DNA of 64,000 nucleotides from an uncultured Gammaproteobacteria bacterium (GCA_964525495.1 CAZGHS010000001.1:102263-166262), one strand, 5' to 3'; positions 49,012-58,955 are shown, counted from the stretch's first letter. Notes: generated by a model not told the origin, from the letters alone. Translations and numbers: made by a program.

Positions 49012-49804
49012 AATATTTAAAGGATATTAATCCTATAGACATTATAAAATAAGATGTCGCATAAAGTATATCATTATATCCACCATTACTATAAGTTTCT
49101 GAACTTACAGCGTACAAAAACAAATATTCAGTCAAAAACTGGAACGTAAAAGCAAAAACCAAAAACAAAATCCGGTTACGCATAATACCACCGGACAATT
49201 TTTTCGAGATAAGCAATATAAATAAAGCTACAGATACCGGTAAAATTTCACCAAGTGGATATCCATAATCAAGAAATGCTTTTATTGGATCAGAAACATC
49301 AAAACCAATATTTCTCACAAATAAGAAGTACGCACTCAAAAGCATCAATAACGGAATAACAAAAACCATCGCTTGACCATGTTTCGTGCGAAGCGAGAAT
49401 TTACCGCCCACAGCCTTAGCAAACATTAAAGCACCTAAAGTATAGAAAGGAATCAAAGCAAAATAACCAAGATCAGCCATCGAAGGATAAGGCACTTCTA
49501 CACCTGCGATCAAATTGTAGTAAGTCCAAATCTGCAGCCCCATCACCTGACCAAGTAAACCAAGTGAAATGAAAATCAATCCTCGACCAATCGCACTCTT
49601 ATATCCTCCCCAATGAGAAGCGATAGAAAAAATTCCATACAAAGCACCAATTAAAGGAGGGAAACCATACGACCAATTAAACAAATACACTTCTGAATCA
49701 AATCCAACTCCTATGAGATTAATTTTTAACCACCACAAGAGAATACCAGCATAAAGTGCAATGAGAAGGAGAGCAATCTTATCTTTAAGTATAGTTGATA
49801 GCAT
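49001..49804 (-). CDS. hypothetical membrane protein (about 8 TM)
   Basis: 267 aa hydrophobic; no family. Confidence 0.5.
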   Translation of the reverse strand: MLSTILKDKIALLLIALYAGILLWWLKINLIGVGFDSEVYLFNWSYGFPPLIGALYGIFSIASHWGGYKSAIGRGLIFISLGLLGQVMGLQIWTYYNLIAGVEVPYPSMADLGYFALIPFYTLGALMFAKAVGGKFSLRTKHGQAMVFVIPLLMLLSAYFLFVRNIGFDVSDPIKAFLDYGYPLGEILPVSVALFILLISKKLSGGIMRNRILFLVFAFTFQFLTEYLFLYAVSSETYSNGGYNDILYATSYFIMSIGLISFKYFED

Positions 49805-49838
49805 TTAATACAAGTTTAATCATCTACCTATACTAAAG

Positions 49839-50699
49839 TCAAGCAGATTTTTTACGAACGCGTATAAACATCATACCTTCATATCCCCGAAAAGGATGTG
49901 CAGTTATCGAACGAATTACTATTTTTGAAATATCAAAACCGTTTTCCCCCAGGATCGTAATCATGTCGCTTTCATCAATCTTAATTGCAGGAAACTTTTT
50001 ACCATCTAACATATAGTATTTAGAGTTTTTTAAGCTGGTAATAAACAAATATCCCTTTGGCTTAACCAAGGCACTAATATTCCTAATCGCCTGCTCCCAT
50101 TCATCACGTTTTGATGTAATAGACTCTGGAACAAAGTTAACGCTTACCACATCATATCGCTTAAATTTATTATGTTTAAGCGAAAATTTACGAAAAGCAT
50201 TACACTTTACAACTTTCTTAAGTTTACTTTTGAGCAATTCCGCACGACGATAAACTTGTCCTGGAGTTACTTTCTTCTGACCTTCAAGTTCAAGTGCGCG
50301 ACGGATAAAATGATTCCAATTAAATGCTCGCTTATGAGCACGAATCCACTTACGAATTTCATGACGATTATGCTTTAAGTATTCTGAAAAATGAATCTCT
50401 GTAACTTTTGAAGCAGCACTTATCAAAGAGTATAAAGTAGGACCACCACCAAACTCCAGTACAGTCTTAACATTGCGTAAATGCTTATAATTTTTAGCAA
50501 AGAATGCGAGAAGCGCGTCATTTTCTTGATCAATAACGGAGTAATACTCTCTTAGGTAAGCTAACGAACCAAAAGAGTCAAATGACTCAAATTCTGAGTC
50601 TAGTGAATTAAGCTCTGATACGGTCGAACTTGAGCTCATAATACCGTACTTAACCTGGCTAGAATTCATAAGTTTTGGGAGTATAACACAAAAAACCAT
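49839..50699 (-). CDS. NNMT/PNMT/TEMT-family SAM-dependent N-methyltransferase homologue
   Basis: 286 aa; collinear with nicotinamide N-methyltransferase: AYLREYY (cf. DYLEKYY), LEFGGGPTLYSLISAA (LIDIGSGPTIYQLLSA), SEYLKHNRHEIRKWI (TDYSDQNLQELEKWL), LVKPKGYLFITS...KYYMLDGKKF (LLKPGGFLVIMD...SYYMIGEQKF). Confidence 0.7.
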   Translation of the reverse strand: MVFCVILPKLMNSSQVKYGIMSSSSTVSELNSLDSEFESFDSFGSLAYLREYYSVIDQENDALLAFFAKNYKHLRNVKTVLEFGGGPTLYSLISAASKVTEIHFSEYLKHNRHEIRKWIRAHKRAFNWNHFIRRALELEGQKKVTPGQVYRRAELLKSKLKKVVKCNAFRKFSLKHNKFKRYDVVSVNFVPESITSKRDEWEQAIRNISALVKPKGYLFITSLKNSKYYMLDGKKFPAIKIDESDMITILGENGFDISKIVIRSITAHPFRGYEGMMFIRVRKKSA

Positions 50700-50806
50700 T
50701 TTTGTAAATACTATAGGTTACATTTAAAAACTACTCCCCTCTTACATATGTAATACCTTCCTGAACAGATTGTACACCTAAACAATATGCTATACTATTT
50801 TCAATT

Positions 50807-51172
50807 ATGGCTATATCCTCGGCCGCCACAATAGTACTGATTATTGTCCTCTCCCTTATTTCAGGACTTGGTGATGCGTACGGATTCACACACGCAGCAA
50901 AAATCTGGCAAGGAAACAAATTTATACTTGCTGAACTCATCAAGTCTGCACTTGGGTTCGCAGTCGGCATCAGCATCTATTGGATCGTTATCAAATTCAT
51001 GAATCAGGTAGGAATTAGAACTGCAGAAATACAAACAGCTATCTGGTTTGCCACAACCATGATTGGCGTAAGTCTACTAAGCGGCGAGTTTGCCCGCTGG
51101 GAAAACTACAACAAACTAGTTGCGGTACTGATCCTCATTGGAATCGGCTGGTTATTAATGCACGAGAAGTAA
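50807..51172 (+). CDS. hypothetical small membrane protein (4 TM)
   Basis: 121 aa hydrophobic. Confidence 0.5.
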   Translation: MAISSAATIVLIIVLSLISGLGDAYGFTHAAKIWQGNKFILAELIKSALGFAVGISIYWIVIKFMNQVGIRTAEIQTAIWFATTMIGVSLLSGEFARWENYNKLVAVLILIGIGWLLMHEK

Positions 51173-51175
51173 GAG

Positions 51176-53947
51176 CTACGGTGCCTTCGGCAGACTAAAC
51201 GCAAAGGTACTCCCTCTACCCAGTTCAGACTTCACATCAAACGTACCTTTCATTGCCTCAACATACTTCTTGCAGATATACAATCCAAGCCCAGTCCCTG
51301 TTGTAGCAGCAACGGTAGACAAACTACTATCAAGGCGGCCAAATTTCTTAAACAATTTCGGCATATCCTCCGATGCAACTCCTCGGCCAGTGTCAGCTAC
51401 ACCAATACGAATTTGCTGATCATGTTCTTCTATTGTAGTGATAATAGAACCTTTATCTGTAAATTTCAGTGCATTACCAAGTAAGTTTGTTATAACTTCA
51501 CGGGTTTTATCAGGATCACCGCTCACTTTTATACTTGGTGCAGCAGAAGTAAAAGAGAAATCAAGTTTTTTTTCATCAGATTTAATCTGCAATTCCTCAT
51601 AAACCGACTTCACCATATCCACAATATCAAAGTCAGAAATTGCAATTTGCACTTTACCAGATTCAATACGCGAAACAGACAACATATCGTTGACCAAATT
51701 GATTAAACGTTGTGAAGATTGTGAGACTCGCTCCAAATAATATCGCTGCTTTTCGGACAAATCTCCGCCTTTACCTGCAAGCAACATCCAGACATATCCA
51801 TTGATAGCTGTCATCGGGGTACGCAACTCATGAGACGCAATCGATACAAACTCATCTTTCATTTTGTCTAAGCCCACAAGCTCTTTGTTTGTTTCATAAA
51901 GCATTGTGTTTACAGACCGTGCTTCTTCATACAAATAGGCATTCTCAAGCGCAATCGCAACTTCATCCATAAACGCATCAAGAATATTATGTTCCTCAGC
52001 AGTTACATCGTGCGGATTCTTATGTAGCGCTAACGTCAACACTCCAAGCGGTTGATCCTTAGACATAATCGGGTAAATAATCACGCCTTTCATTCCAATA
52101 ATTTTCTGAATTCCATCCGAAATAATACGCGGTAAAACAGGTTCAAACGCATCAGCCAATGATGCAGTAATAACTTTCGTTTTCAGCATTAAAGATTGAA
52201 CAGCAAGTGATTTCTCTGAGTTCAGAGGCGTCTGATATTCGGAAATAGAACGAGGCACAAGCTTCAAGGATTTATCAATCAAAGGAGTTTTAGACACCGC
52301 CGTAGGAATAATAACGCTCTTCTTATAATCAACAATACTGATTATCGCGCCATCATATCCTAACTCCCACGCAATAGTATCTACTATCTTTTGAGACATC
52401 TCTTTTGGATCCAAAGTAGTCATAATAATTGAGTCCATTTTCCGTAAAATCTCAAGGTTTTTATTTTTCTGCTGAAGCTGTGAAGTGGCAATCTCTACCT
52501 CACTTTTAAGGCGTTCATTAAAATCACGAGAATGCATAAAAAGCATCACATTTTCAATTCCTATAGCCGCCTGCAAAGCAAAGGCCTCAAGCACATCCAT
52601 ATCCTGTGCCGAATACGAATCTCCCGAAAGTTTATGACTGAGCAAAATAAGCCCCATAACCTCGTTTTTAATGAGCAGAGGCAATATTACAACAATATTA
52701 TTCTTTGACATCCATTCAACAGTTTTTCGTTTGCGGGAATTATCCGTATTGGCCAATTCATCACGCAGATCATCGATAACCACGGCCTTATGATCTTTCT
52801 CAAACTGTCTAACCAGCATCTCACAGTCTGAAGCCTCAATATGCTCGGTATTGAACGTATACAACGCAAACTCGCTCGAACGAACGAGAACACGCGGCAT
52901 ATTATCCTGATTTTTAATCTTAACCGCAAAAACCATTCCCTTCGTGTGTAAGTTTTTATTCAACAAATCATAAATATTTTTTAAAGTCTCCTCAAAAGCC
53001 ACAGTAGTCGTAAGCGTTTGACCCAACTGATACAACAATTCAGCTGGAGTATACGCAGACTTATAAAAAAACTTATCAGTATACTGAGTAATAAGTGTTT
53101 TAAATGGATGAAATGTACTAGCGATTACCAAAGTGATACCCGCATAAACAAACAGCGATCGATAATCTACTTGTCCCTGCAGAAATACCACACTTGCGAT
53201 CAACCCAAGCGCAGCATAGATAACACCAAGCGAACTTAACAATAATGTATAAGCCACTGACCGCGCAGCAAACAAACGAATATCCAAAAACCGATGCCGT
53301 ACGATTGCATAGGCAGTCATAACCACGAAAGTAGGAACTAAAATATTCCCATACGGTGCTATAGGTATCTGGTACCACAACAAATAGTTTGTAACTCCTC
53401 CCGCAAAACTTATCAGCAACCCCCAAAACATATACTGAGATTGCTGTCGGCGAGTACCTGTTAATACGTTCCTATTAGCATAAAGTAAGTATGTCGGATA
53501 AATAACATAAATCATCCAAAGAACCACAAAAATATGAAACATTGGTCCAGGTACCGGCCAAAATGCAAAATCAAGTCGAGGTACCACATCACTCACAAAT
53601 AAATCCGTGAACAAGTTTAAGATAAGGAAAATGAAATACATCACTCCGCTAAGCTGCAAGAATCTCATTTTTTTCTGTAATAAACCCAAGAAAGCATATA
53701 CAAAAGTTAAATATGCGATCGGAATAAAGATAGCAAAATGCATTAATAGCCGTGTGTTATGCAAGGCATCTGCATGAGTAGTAGAAGTCTGCCAGAAAAA
53801 ATAGAACAAACTCCAAAAAGCAACTAAAAATGAATAAATTGCAAACGTTAAGCTAACCTTAGTCCTCTTCACAATGATGACAAATACACCAATCGCAAAA
53901 GTGGTTATAAAATTGATAAGCGCAGACAAGCTATAATACGTAAACAT
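51176..53947 (-). CDS. sensor histidine kinase with N-terminal 7-8 TM sensor, two GAF-like domains, HisKA and HATPase_c
   Basis: 923 aa; HisKA H-box FVSIASHELRTPMTAI; N, G1, G2 boxes (NLLGNALKFT, GVADTGRGV, GTGLGLYICK). Confidence 0.85.
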   Translation of the reverse strand: MFTYYSLSALINFITTFAIGVFVIIVKRTKVSLTFAIYSFLVAFWSLFYFFWQTSTTHADALHNTRLLMHFAIFIPIAYLTFVYAFLGLLQKKMRFLQLSGVMYFIFLILNLFTDLFVSDVVPRLDFAFWPVPGPMFHIFVVLWMIYVIYPTYLLYANRNVLTGTRRQQSQYMFWGLLISFAGGVTNYLLWYQIPIAPYGNILVPTFVVMTAYAIVRHRFLDIRLFAARSVAYTLLLSSLGVIYAALGLIASVVFLQGQVDYRSLFVYAGITLVIASTFHPFKTLITQYTDKFFYKSAYTPAELLYQLGQTLTTTVAFEETLKNIYDLLNKNLHTKGMVFAVKIKNQDNMPRVLVRSSEFALYTFNTEHIEASDCEMLVRQFEKDHKAVVIDDLRDELANTDNSRKRKTVEWMSKNNIVVILPLLIKNEVMGLILLSHKLSGDSYSAQDMDVLEAFALQAAIGIENVMLFMHSRDFNERLKSEVEIATSQLQQKNKNLEILRKMDSIIMTTLDPKEMSQKIVDTIAWELGYDGAIISIVDYKKSVIIPTAVSKTPLIDKSLKLVPRSISEYQTPLNSEKSLAVQSLMLKTKVITASLADAFEPVLPRIISDGIQKIIGMKGVIIYPIMSKDQPLGVLTLALHKNPHDVTAEEHNILDAFMDEVAIALENAYLYEEARSVNTMLYETNKELVGLDKMKDEFVSIASHELRTPMTAINGYVWMLLAGKGGDLSEKQRYYLERVSQSSQRLINLVNDMLSVSRIESGKVQIAISDFDIVDMVKSVYEELQIKSDEKKLDFSFTSAAPSIKVSGDPDKTREVITNLLGNALKFTDKGSIITTIEEHDQQIRIGVADTGRGVASEDMPKLFKKFGRLDSSLSTVAATTGTGLGLYICKKYVEAMKGTFDVKSELGRGSTFAFSLPKAP

Positions 53948-54072
53948 AGACGTAGTCTAAGTATAAAGTTATAAAATTACCTTATACAAGTGCTACGTCA
54001 AAAACACGCTCAATTTGACTTTCTCAACTATAAAAAATATAATCTATTATTATAGGATATTAAAACAAACTT

Positions 54073-54309
54073 ATGGCAGAAAAATTAAGAAAAACACCTT
54101 TAGAAGAATTCGAGGACAAACTTAGTCCAGGACAGAAAGCAGCCCTCGCAGGGGCTGGAGTTGTAGTTTTATATGCCACGGCAGGTATCACAATGGCAGC
54201 TGGAGCAATTAAAGATCGCATGTTTGGATCAGAAACATTTGTACTTGGAGAACCTAAAGATACTAAAGGAAATAGTCAAACAAATCTGACTCGCCGCCGA
54301 ACTCAATAA
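54073..54309 (+). CDS. hypothetical small protein
   Basis: 78 aa; one hydrophobic Gly/Ala-rich helix. Confidence 0.35.
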   Translation: MAEKLRKTPLEEFEDKLSPGQKAALAGAGVVVLYATAGITMAAGAIKDRMFGSETFVLGEPKDTKGNSQTNLTRRRTQ

Positions 54310-54313
54310 AAAG

Positions 54314-55645
54314 TTATTCTGCCCTTCCCTCTAAACACACAAACGACTGATCCATTTGCACGCCACACGATGGAAGAACAATCACACGAGTTAACTCGGT
54401 AGGTTTCCATCCGCCTTTCAAATGTGCCTCCACAAACTCGGCAGGAGTAGCTTCATACATCGTATACCAATCAAACCATGCCCTCAAAACTTCTTGTCCC
54501 GTATAGGAATGACCGTCCATATTAGATAATCTCGCAATATTTGCGTTACAATATGGAGCACCTGGCTTAAGATATTGTCTAATTGCTCCGGCATAATCTG
54601 CTTTAGATACAGAATTACGCACAAAGTTATGAGCATCGTCCACCCCACCATCAAAATAATCCGCCAAACCAACGGTTGTACAAATATCTAAACGGGTTTC
54701 AGGTGTTAATAATGGATGTCGTCCACTCATAAATGGGTCGTGTGGGTTTCCTAAATTAGCATAAACCGGCTCAATGTATTCCGAAACACCGTATTGTGCA
54801 GCAAGTGCGGCAATATATTGTAAACCGCCCTCACTAACATCAAGAGCAAACAGTTTAAGTGGAATCTTTGTTTCGCCTTGCTTATTTAATCCATCACCAA
54901 ATTTCTCACGCCACTCAGGATGCGCTTCAAATACTTTTTCTACAGCCTGAATAGCATACCGAAAGCTTCCTGCTGCAAAATCAGCGCCAAGTACTGCTTC
55001 TTGGGATTCTGAATTCAATCGAGTCTGTAATATTTCAGTTAAATGCTCTATATAAAAATTTTCAAAATGCCTAGCACGCTCTCCCACACCAACTGCAACT
55101 TCCCAAGTATCAAATACAGCAACTTCATCTCCAATTTGAATATCGCGCAGACTCAACTGTTCACCCATACGAGTACGGCGCATTGGCTTTCCTTGAGGAT
55201 GATAATCCAGCCAATCAAATTTGCCTTCACCTCTTGCACCATCAATCCCAGTGCGAGCAGCATTTTTCCGTAATGCTTGAGCTCCAGTAATAATCGCTTC
55301 CATCACTTCCCACGAACTTTTATGGCTAGCTATCCATGCAAGCAAAGGATACCGCTGAAATACTTCTTGTCTATCAAGCCGACCACCCATCAACTCATCC
55401 GAAATCCGAGATATCTCGTGTGAGGCATCAGTATTACGAGCATAATTTGTATCTGGACTCGCAAGTGAATAATCAATGACAGTTGGAACAACTACGACCC
55501 CGTATTCCTGACTGTTAACAACAATTGGAGGCAATTCCTGAAACCTAAACTCTGACAATCTGCGCAAAGGGAAATCAAGAATCCTAGCTTGATTTTGTTC
55601 AGGTTCAACTAATCGTAATGATGTTTCATTCGCACGTAATTCCAT
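54314..55645 (-). CDS. hypothetical protein (443 aa), unknown family
   Basis: long ORF with normal composition; preceded by a promoter and an SD-sequestering hairpin leader (see below). Confidence 0.6.
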   Translation of the reverse strand: MELRANETSLRLVEPEQNQARILDFPLRRLSEFRFQELPPIVVNSQEYGVVVVPTVIDYSLASPDTNYARNTDASHEISRISDELMGGRLDRQEVFQRYPLLAWIASHKSSWEVMEAIITGAQALRKNAARTGIDGARGEGKFDWLDYHPQGKPMRRTRMGEQLSLRDIQIGDEVAVFDTWEVAVGVGERARHFENFYIEHLTEILQTRLNSESQEAVLGADFAAGSFRYAIQAVEKVFEAHPEWREKFGDGLNKQGETKIPLKLFALDVSEGGLQYIAALAAQYGVSEYIEPVYANLGNPHDPFMSGRHPLLTPETRLDICTTVGLADYFDGGVDDAHNFVRNSVSKADYAGAIRQYLKPGAPYCNANIARLSNMDGHSYTGQEVLRAWFDWYTMYEATPAEFVEAHLKGGWKPTELTRVIVLPSCGVQMDQSFVCLEGRAE

Positions 55646-55674
55646 AAAAAAAACGCCTCCACAATGTGGAAGCG
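55646..55674 (-). terminator. hairpin + U8 immediately 5' of the ATG of 54314..55645; stem contains the GGAGG SD (attenuator/terminator-like)
   Basis: minus strand reads cgcttccacattgtggaggcg-tttttttt-ATG. Confidence 0.5.
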
Positions 55675-55753
55675 TCCAGATTAAAATCCGACAACAATAA
55701 AAATAAGACTATAAGCTCTACAAAAAAGTAGGTCTTTCATAAATAGGAAGGAG

Positions 55754-55782
55754 ATAATAGCACAAACAGACTTTAGTGTCAA
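55754..55782 (-). promoter_or_regulatory. consensus sigma70 promoter TTGACA-N17-TATTAT on minus strand
   Basis: rc of 55777-55782 = ttgaca; rc of 55754-55759 = tattat; about 100 nt upstream of ATG 55645. Confidence 0.5.
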
Positions 55783-55820
55783 TACTATAAGACATCATCT
55801 CTCCTTTTACTAATTACAAT

Positions 55821-55849
55821 AAAAAAATACCTACTCCATGGAGTAGGTA
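55821..55849 (-). terminator. rho-independent terminator (22-nt perfect palindrome tacctactccatggagtaggta + T7 on minus strand)
   Basis: read directly; downstream of minus-strand gene 55976..56263. Confidence 0.6.
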
Positions 55850-55975
55850 TTAAACTCAAAAACATTAATTCCAGCCATATAAAGCTGGTCGCACATGTGC
55901 ATTCTAATTCGTTTAAATATATATAACATTTCTAAGCACAGTATAATCTTAACCAAAGCATCACGCAATCTTAAT

Positions 55976-56263
55976 TTATTTTATAGGCTCATATAAACCC
56001 ACTGCATGATCATTAAAATTTCGATTTGCAGGCTGCCCCAGTTTCCATCCTTGTTCCACTAAATCCCACAAATCTTGATTTGGGTCTGCATCACCTGGCT
56101 CATACGGCCATGAACCATCTGGAATATACAAACTATCCGACCACCATTTATAGCCTTTTTCTAAAGCATTCACCGGGGTTAATGTAGTATCAATAACTAT
56201 TTTTTTCATAAATTTAGAGGTAAGGTGATATACCTCAAGGAGTAAGTATATCACCTTAAACAA
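55976..56263 (-). CDS. hypothetical small protein
   Basis: 95 aa; Trp-rich C-terminus; no family. Confidence 0.4.
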   Translation of the reverse strand: MFKVIYLLLEVYHLTSKFMKKIVIDTTLTPVNALEKGYKWWSDSLYIPDGSWPYEPGDADPNQDLWDLVEQGWKLGQPANRNFNDHAVGLYEPIK

Positions 56264-56289
56264 ACAATAAGTCGATCGCTTATCTTATT

Positions 56290-56595
56290 CTAATCGTCAT
56301 CTCGTGTCCTTCGTGCTTTCGGGCCTGCGGATCCTGAACGGTGTGTTTTCGGATCATAAAAATCATGTTGCCCTGAGTGCTCACCCCGGATATATTTCCG
56401 ATTCACTTGTCCATCTCGTTCCCGATAGTTTGTATGCACGCTCCGTCGTGACTCCTCCCTCTCATTCCGTCGGCGCTGTCGCTCCTCTTCGATCTCCCGA
56501 TCCACATACGACTTGAACAATTCGAACTCCTGGTAATCACCATAGTGCGACCTGCCCTTGTACGAACGTTGCTTCGGCCGGTACTCGAGTCCCAT
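56290..56595 (-). CDS. hypothetical highly charged Arg/Glu-rich protein
   Basis: 101 aa low-complexity (EEERQRRRNEREESRR). Confidence 0.4.
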   Translation of the reverse strand: MGLEYRPKQRSYKGRSHYGDYQEFELFKSYVDREIEEERQRRRNEREESRRSVHTNYRERDGQVNRKYIRGEHSGQHDFYDPKTHRSGSAGPKARRTRDDD

Positions 56596-56784
56596 GGACT
56601 TCCTCCGTTCGATTAGATTAAGGTGCGGATACGACTCTAGAGATTTAGTGTAAGAAAGAAATAAACATCAATTGTTTATACTTTCAAATGACTAAATTCT
56701 ATGAGTACTTATATTCAATCTAAAGGAGGAAATGAATGACAAAGCTGTCAGGATTTCTGCCAATATCGGCAAGTGAAAATATGA

Positions 56785-57417
56785 TCAATCTCCGTGATCT
56801 TTAAATACAGCCAAAGGAGTCATAATAAGGATTTTAATATCCATCAAAATGTTCCATTGTTCTGCATACTGAGCATCAAGCCGAATTCGCTCATCAAACT
56901 GTACATGGTTACGACCAGAAATTTGCCACAAACCAGTAATACCTGGTTTTACTGTCAAAGCCTTCTCAATATGATGTTTACTATCAGGATAGCGTTCTCC
57001 TTGCTCCTGCAACTCATTAGGTTTATACGCACGAGGACCAACAATACTCATTTCACCATTCAATACATTAAAAAATTGAGGGATCTCCTCAATATCATAC
57101 CGTCGCAAAATTCGTCCCACTGAAGTAACACGCGGATCGTTTCGCAACTTATACCCATTCTTTTTATATTCTTCAAGAAGCTCAGGGTGCGCTTTCCATA
57201 AGTACTCATCTGCATCGACACGCATCGAACGCACTTTATAAATCCGAAAAAGTTTTCCATTCAAACCAACACGTTCGTGAGAATAAATTAAAGGCCATCC
57301 AGACTCTAAATAGAGAGCAAGCATGCCGAGGAGAGTAAAGGGACTTAAAACAATAAGCGCAGCAAGTGAGCCCACAATATCTAACAATCGTTTCAGAAAA
57401 ACATTTAGCGTACGCAT
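56785..57417 (-). CDS. bacterial sugar transferase (small PglC/WbaP-C-type polyprenyl-phosphate phosphoglycosyltransferase)
   Basis: 210 aa; N-terminal re-entrant helix KRLLDIVGSLAALIVLSP, MSIVGPRAY and PGITGLWQISGRN motifs. Confidence 0.85.
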   Translation of the reverse strand: MRTLNVFLKRLLDIVGSLAALIVLSPFTLLGMLALYLESGWPLIYSHERVGLNGKLFRIYKVRSMRVDADEYLWKAHPELLEEYKKNGYKLRNDPRVTSVGRILRRYDIEEIPQFFNVLNGEMSIVGPRAYKPNELQEQGERYPDSKHHIEKALTVKPGITGLWQISGRNHVQFDERIRLDAQYAEQWNILMDIKILIMTPLAVFKDHGD

Positions 57418-57468
57418 TCGTAACCTTAACTATACTAATCAAAAACACCTGTTTCAACTAGTGTACTA

Positions 57469-58518
57469 CTAAGACGGAATATACCGCTGCAATGATACAA
57501 CATATCCCGAAAGCTGATCCACCAGTCCTGCTTCCCGAGTTCGAAATGCAATTTCTTGAGTTCCCATTTGCACCCCAGATTCAACAAAATTATGTGAACC
57601 AAACATTGCTTCCTTGCCGTCAACAATAAGTAGCTTAGCGTGAATCTTACGATCAAGATGTATAAACCGAATGTGTTTTCCATGTCGTTCCAGCGCTCGT
57701 TTAAAAACAATATAAAAATAGCGCAAAGGGAATTTGGTAAATGTCACATCATCTTCATTCGAGGTATAAATCGTCACATTCACCCCCTGCTTTGACTTAC
57801 TCAAAAGTAGTTCGAGCATATAATGCTCAGGCACCATCTGCGAAACAAAAACTATTTCTTTTTGCGCTTCGGTCACCAGTTTCACTGCCTCTTTATAAAT
57901 CAAAGATCTACCTTTTATTCCGCTATCCACCAATACTGTGCCGTATTTGTCCACACTAAAACTATAATCTTGAGCCGGACGTTTATCATTTACCTGTACG
58001 AACTGAGTTGCCAAAGCCTGAACCATATCAGCATTCTCAAACCGCACCATAAAATCAAGATTTTTAAACGACGCATCAAAAAAATTCATCCCACCCATCC
58101 AAGCATGATCGTCTACAATATATATCTTTATGTGATTCCGCCCCATCACAGGCAAAAAATGAATACCCATGAGAGGTTTGTTAACCTCAACAAAATGTAC
58201 ACCTCCTGCTGCCAATCGAGCAAAGAGCGCTTTAGTTTCATTCCGTACCGCATCTTCTTCAGCTAACAATTTATCATTAAAAGTCGGCAAAAGCCGTATG
58301 TTTCCATGCAAATACCGCTCAGTGACCCAATCATGATAGATACGGACATCAACGCCTCGCCCAGCAGCATCCAAGAGCAACGGCTCCAGAGAACTAAAAA
58401 CCTCTCCCGTCTCCATCACCATAGCCTGAAGCCAGATCCGCTTCTCAGCACGGGGTATTCTCTCCTTCAAATCAACAAGAAATTCTGAGGGATTTTGAAC
58501 TAAGGTCGGAAATTCCAT
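57469..58518 (-). CDS. phospholipase D-family protein with two HKD motifs (cardiolipin-synthase-like)
   Basis: 349 aa; HIKIYIVDDHAWMGGMN and HAKLLIVDGKEAMFGSHN. Confidence 0.8.
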   Translation of the reverse strand: MEFPTLVQNPSEFLVDLKERIPRAEKRIWLQAMVMETGEVFSSLEPLLLDAAGRGVDVRIYHDWVTERYLHGNIRLLPTFNDKLLAEEDAVRNETKALFARLAAGGVHFVEVNKPLMGIHFLPVMGRNHIKIYIVDDHAWMGGMNFFDASFKNLDFMVRFENADMVQALATQFVQVNDKRPAQDYSFSVDKYGTVLVDSGIKGRSLIYKEAVKLVTEAQKEIVFVSQMVPEHYMLELLLSKSKQGVNVTIYTSNEDDVTFTKFPLRYFYIVFKRALERHGKHIRFIHLDRKIHAKLLIVDGKEAMFGSHNFVESGVQMGTQEIAFRTREAGLVDQLSGYVVSLQRYIPS

Positions 58519-58545
58519 ATTATAAGATTATACTATAAAAAGGGA

Positions 58546-58761
58546 TTATTCTATCTTACGGGTATTAAGATCGGGATAAGCTTCTTGTTCTCTACTACTA
58601 GAACCGACAGACTCTTTAAATCGTCTTATACCTACACCATTGTTTTTAACTATGAAAGCATAGTCTCCTTTTATGCCATCTAAGACTGCCTCGATAAGAG
58701 GATAACCCGCTACTATAGCGTCTTTAACTGTACGTGATCTAATTAACCGTTTTTCTGACAT
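58546..58761 (-). CDS. hypothetical small protein
   Basis: 71 aa; no family. Confidence 0.3.
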   Translation of the reverse strand: MSEKRLIRSRTVKDAIVAGYPLIEAVLDGIKGDYAFIVKNNGVGIRRFKESVGSSSREQEAYPDLNTRKIE

Positions 58762-58955
58762 ATATTGACAACAATAAAAAAGGTAGTAAACTTAACTAAA
58801 ACGTGGAGTCTATCCCAATAGACAATTTGATTATAAAAATCAAAACGTTGCATGCGTTAAAGCAAAATTATAGCATAAACATGTCAACCTAGCCAGTTGT
58901 AAAAACGGCAAATAAGATCGCAAATGCGATGAAACAAGGTGGTACCACGACTAAG

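Noticed and set aside
56736-56804. 22-aa ORF (MTKLSGFLPISASENMINLRDL) with a good GGAGG-N6 spacing
   Set aside because: It is too short to support, it overlaps the 3' end of the sugar transferase gene, and an SD-like string can occur by chance. It is noted only.
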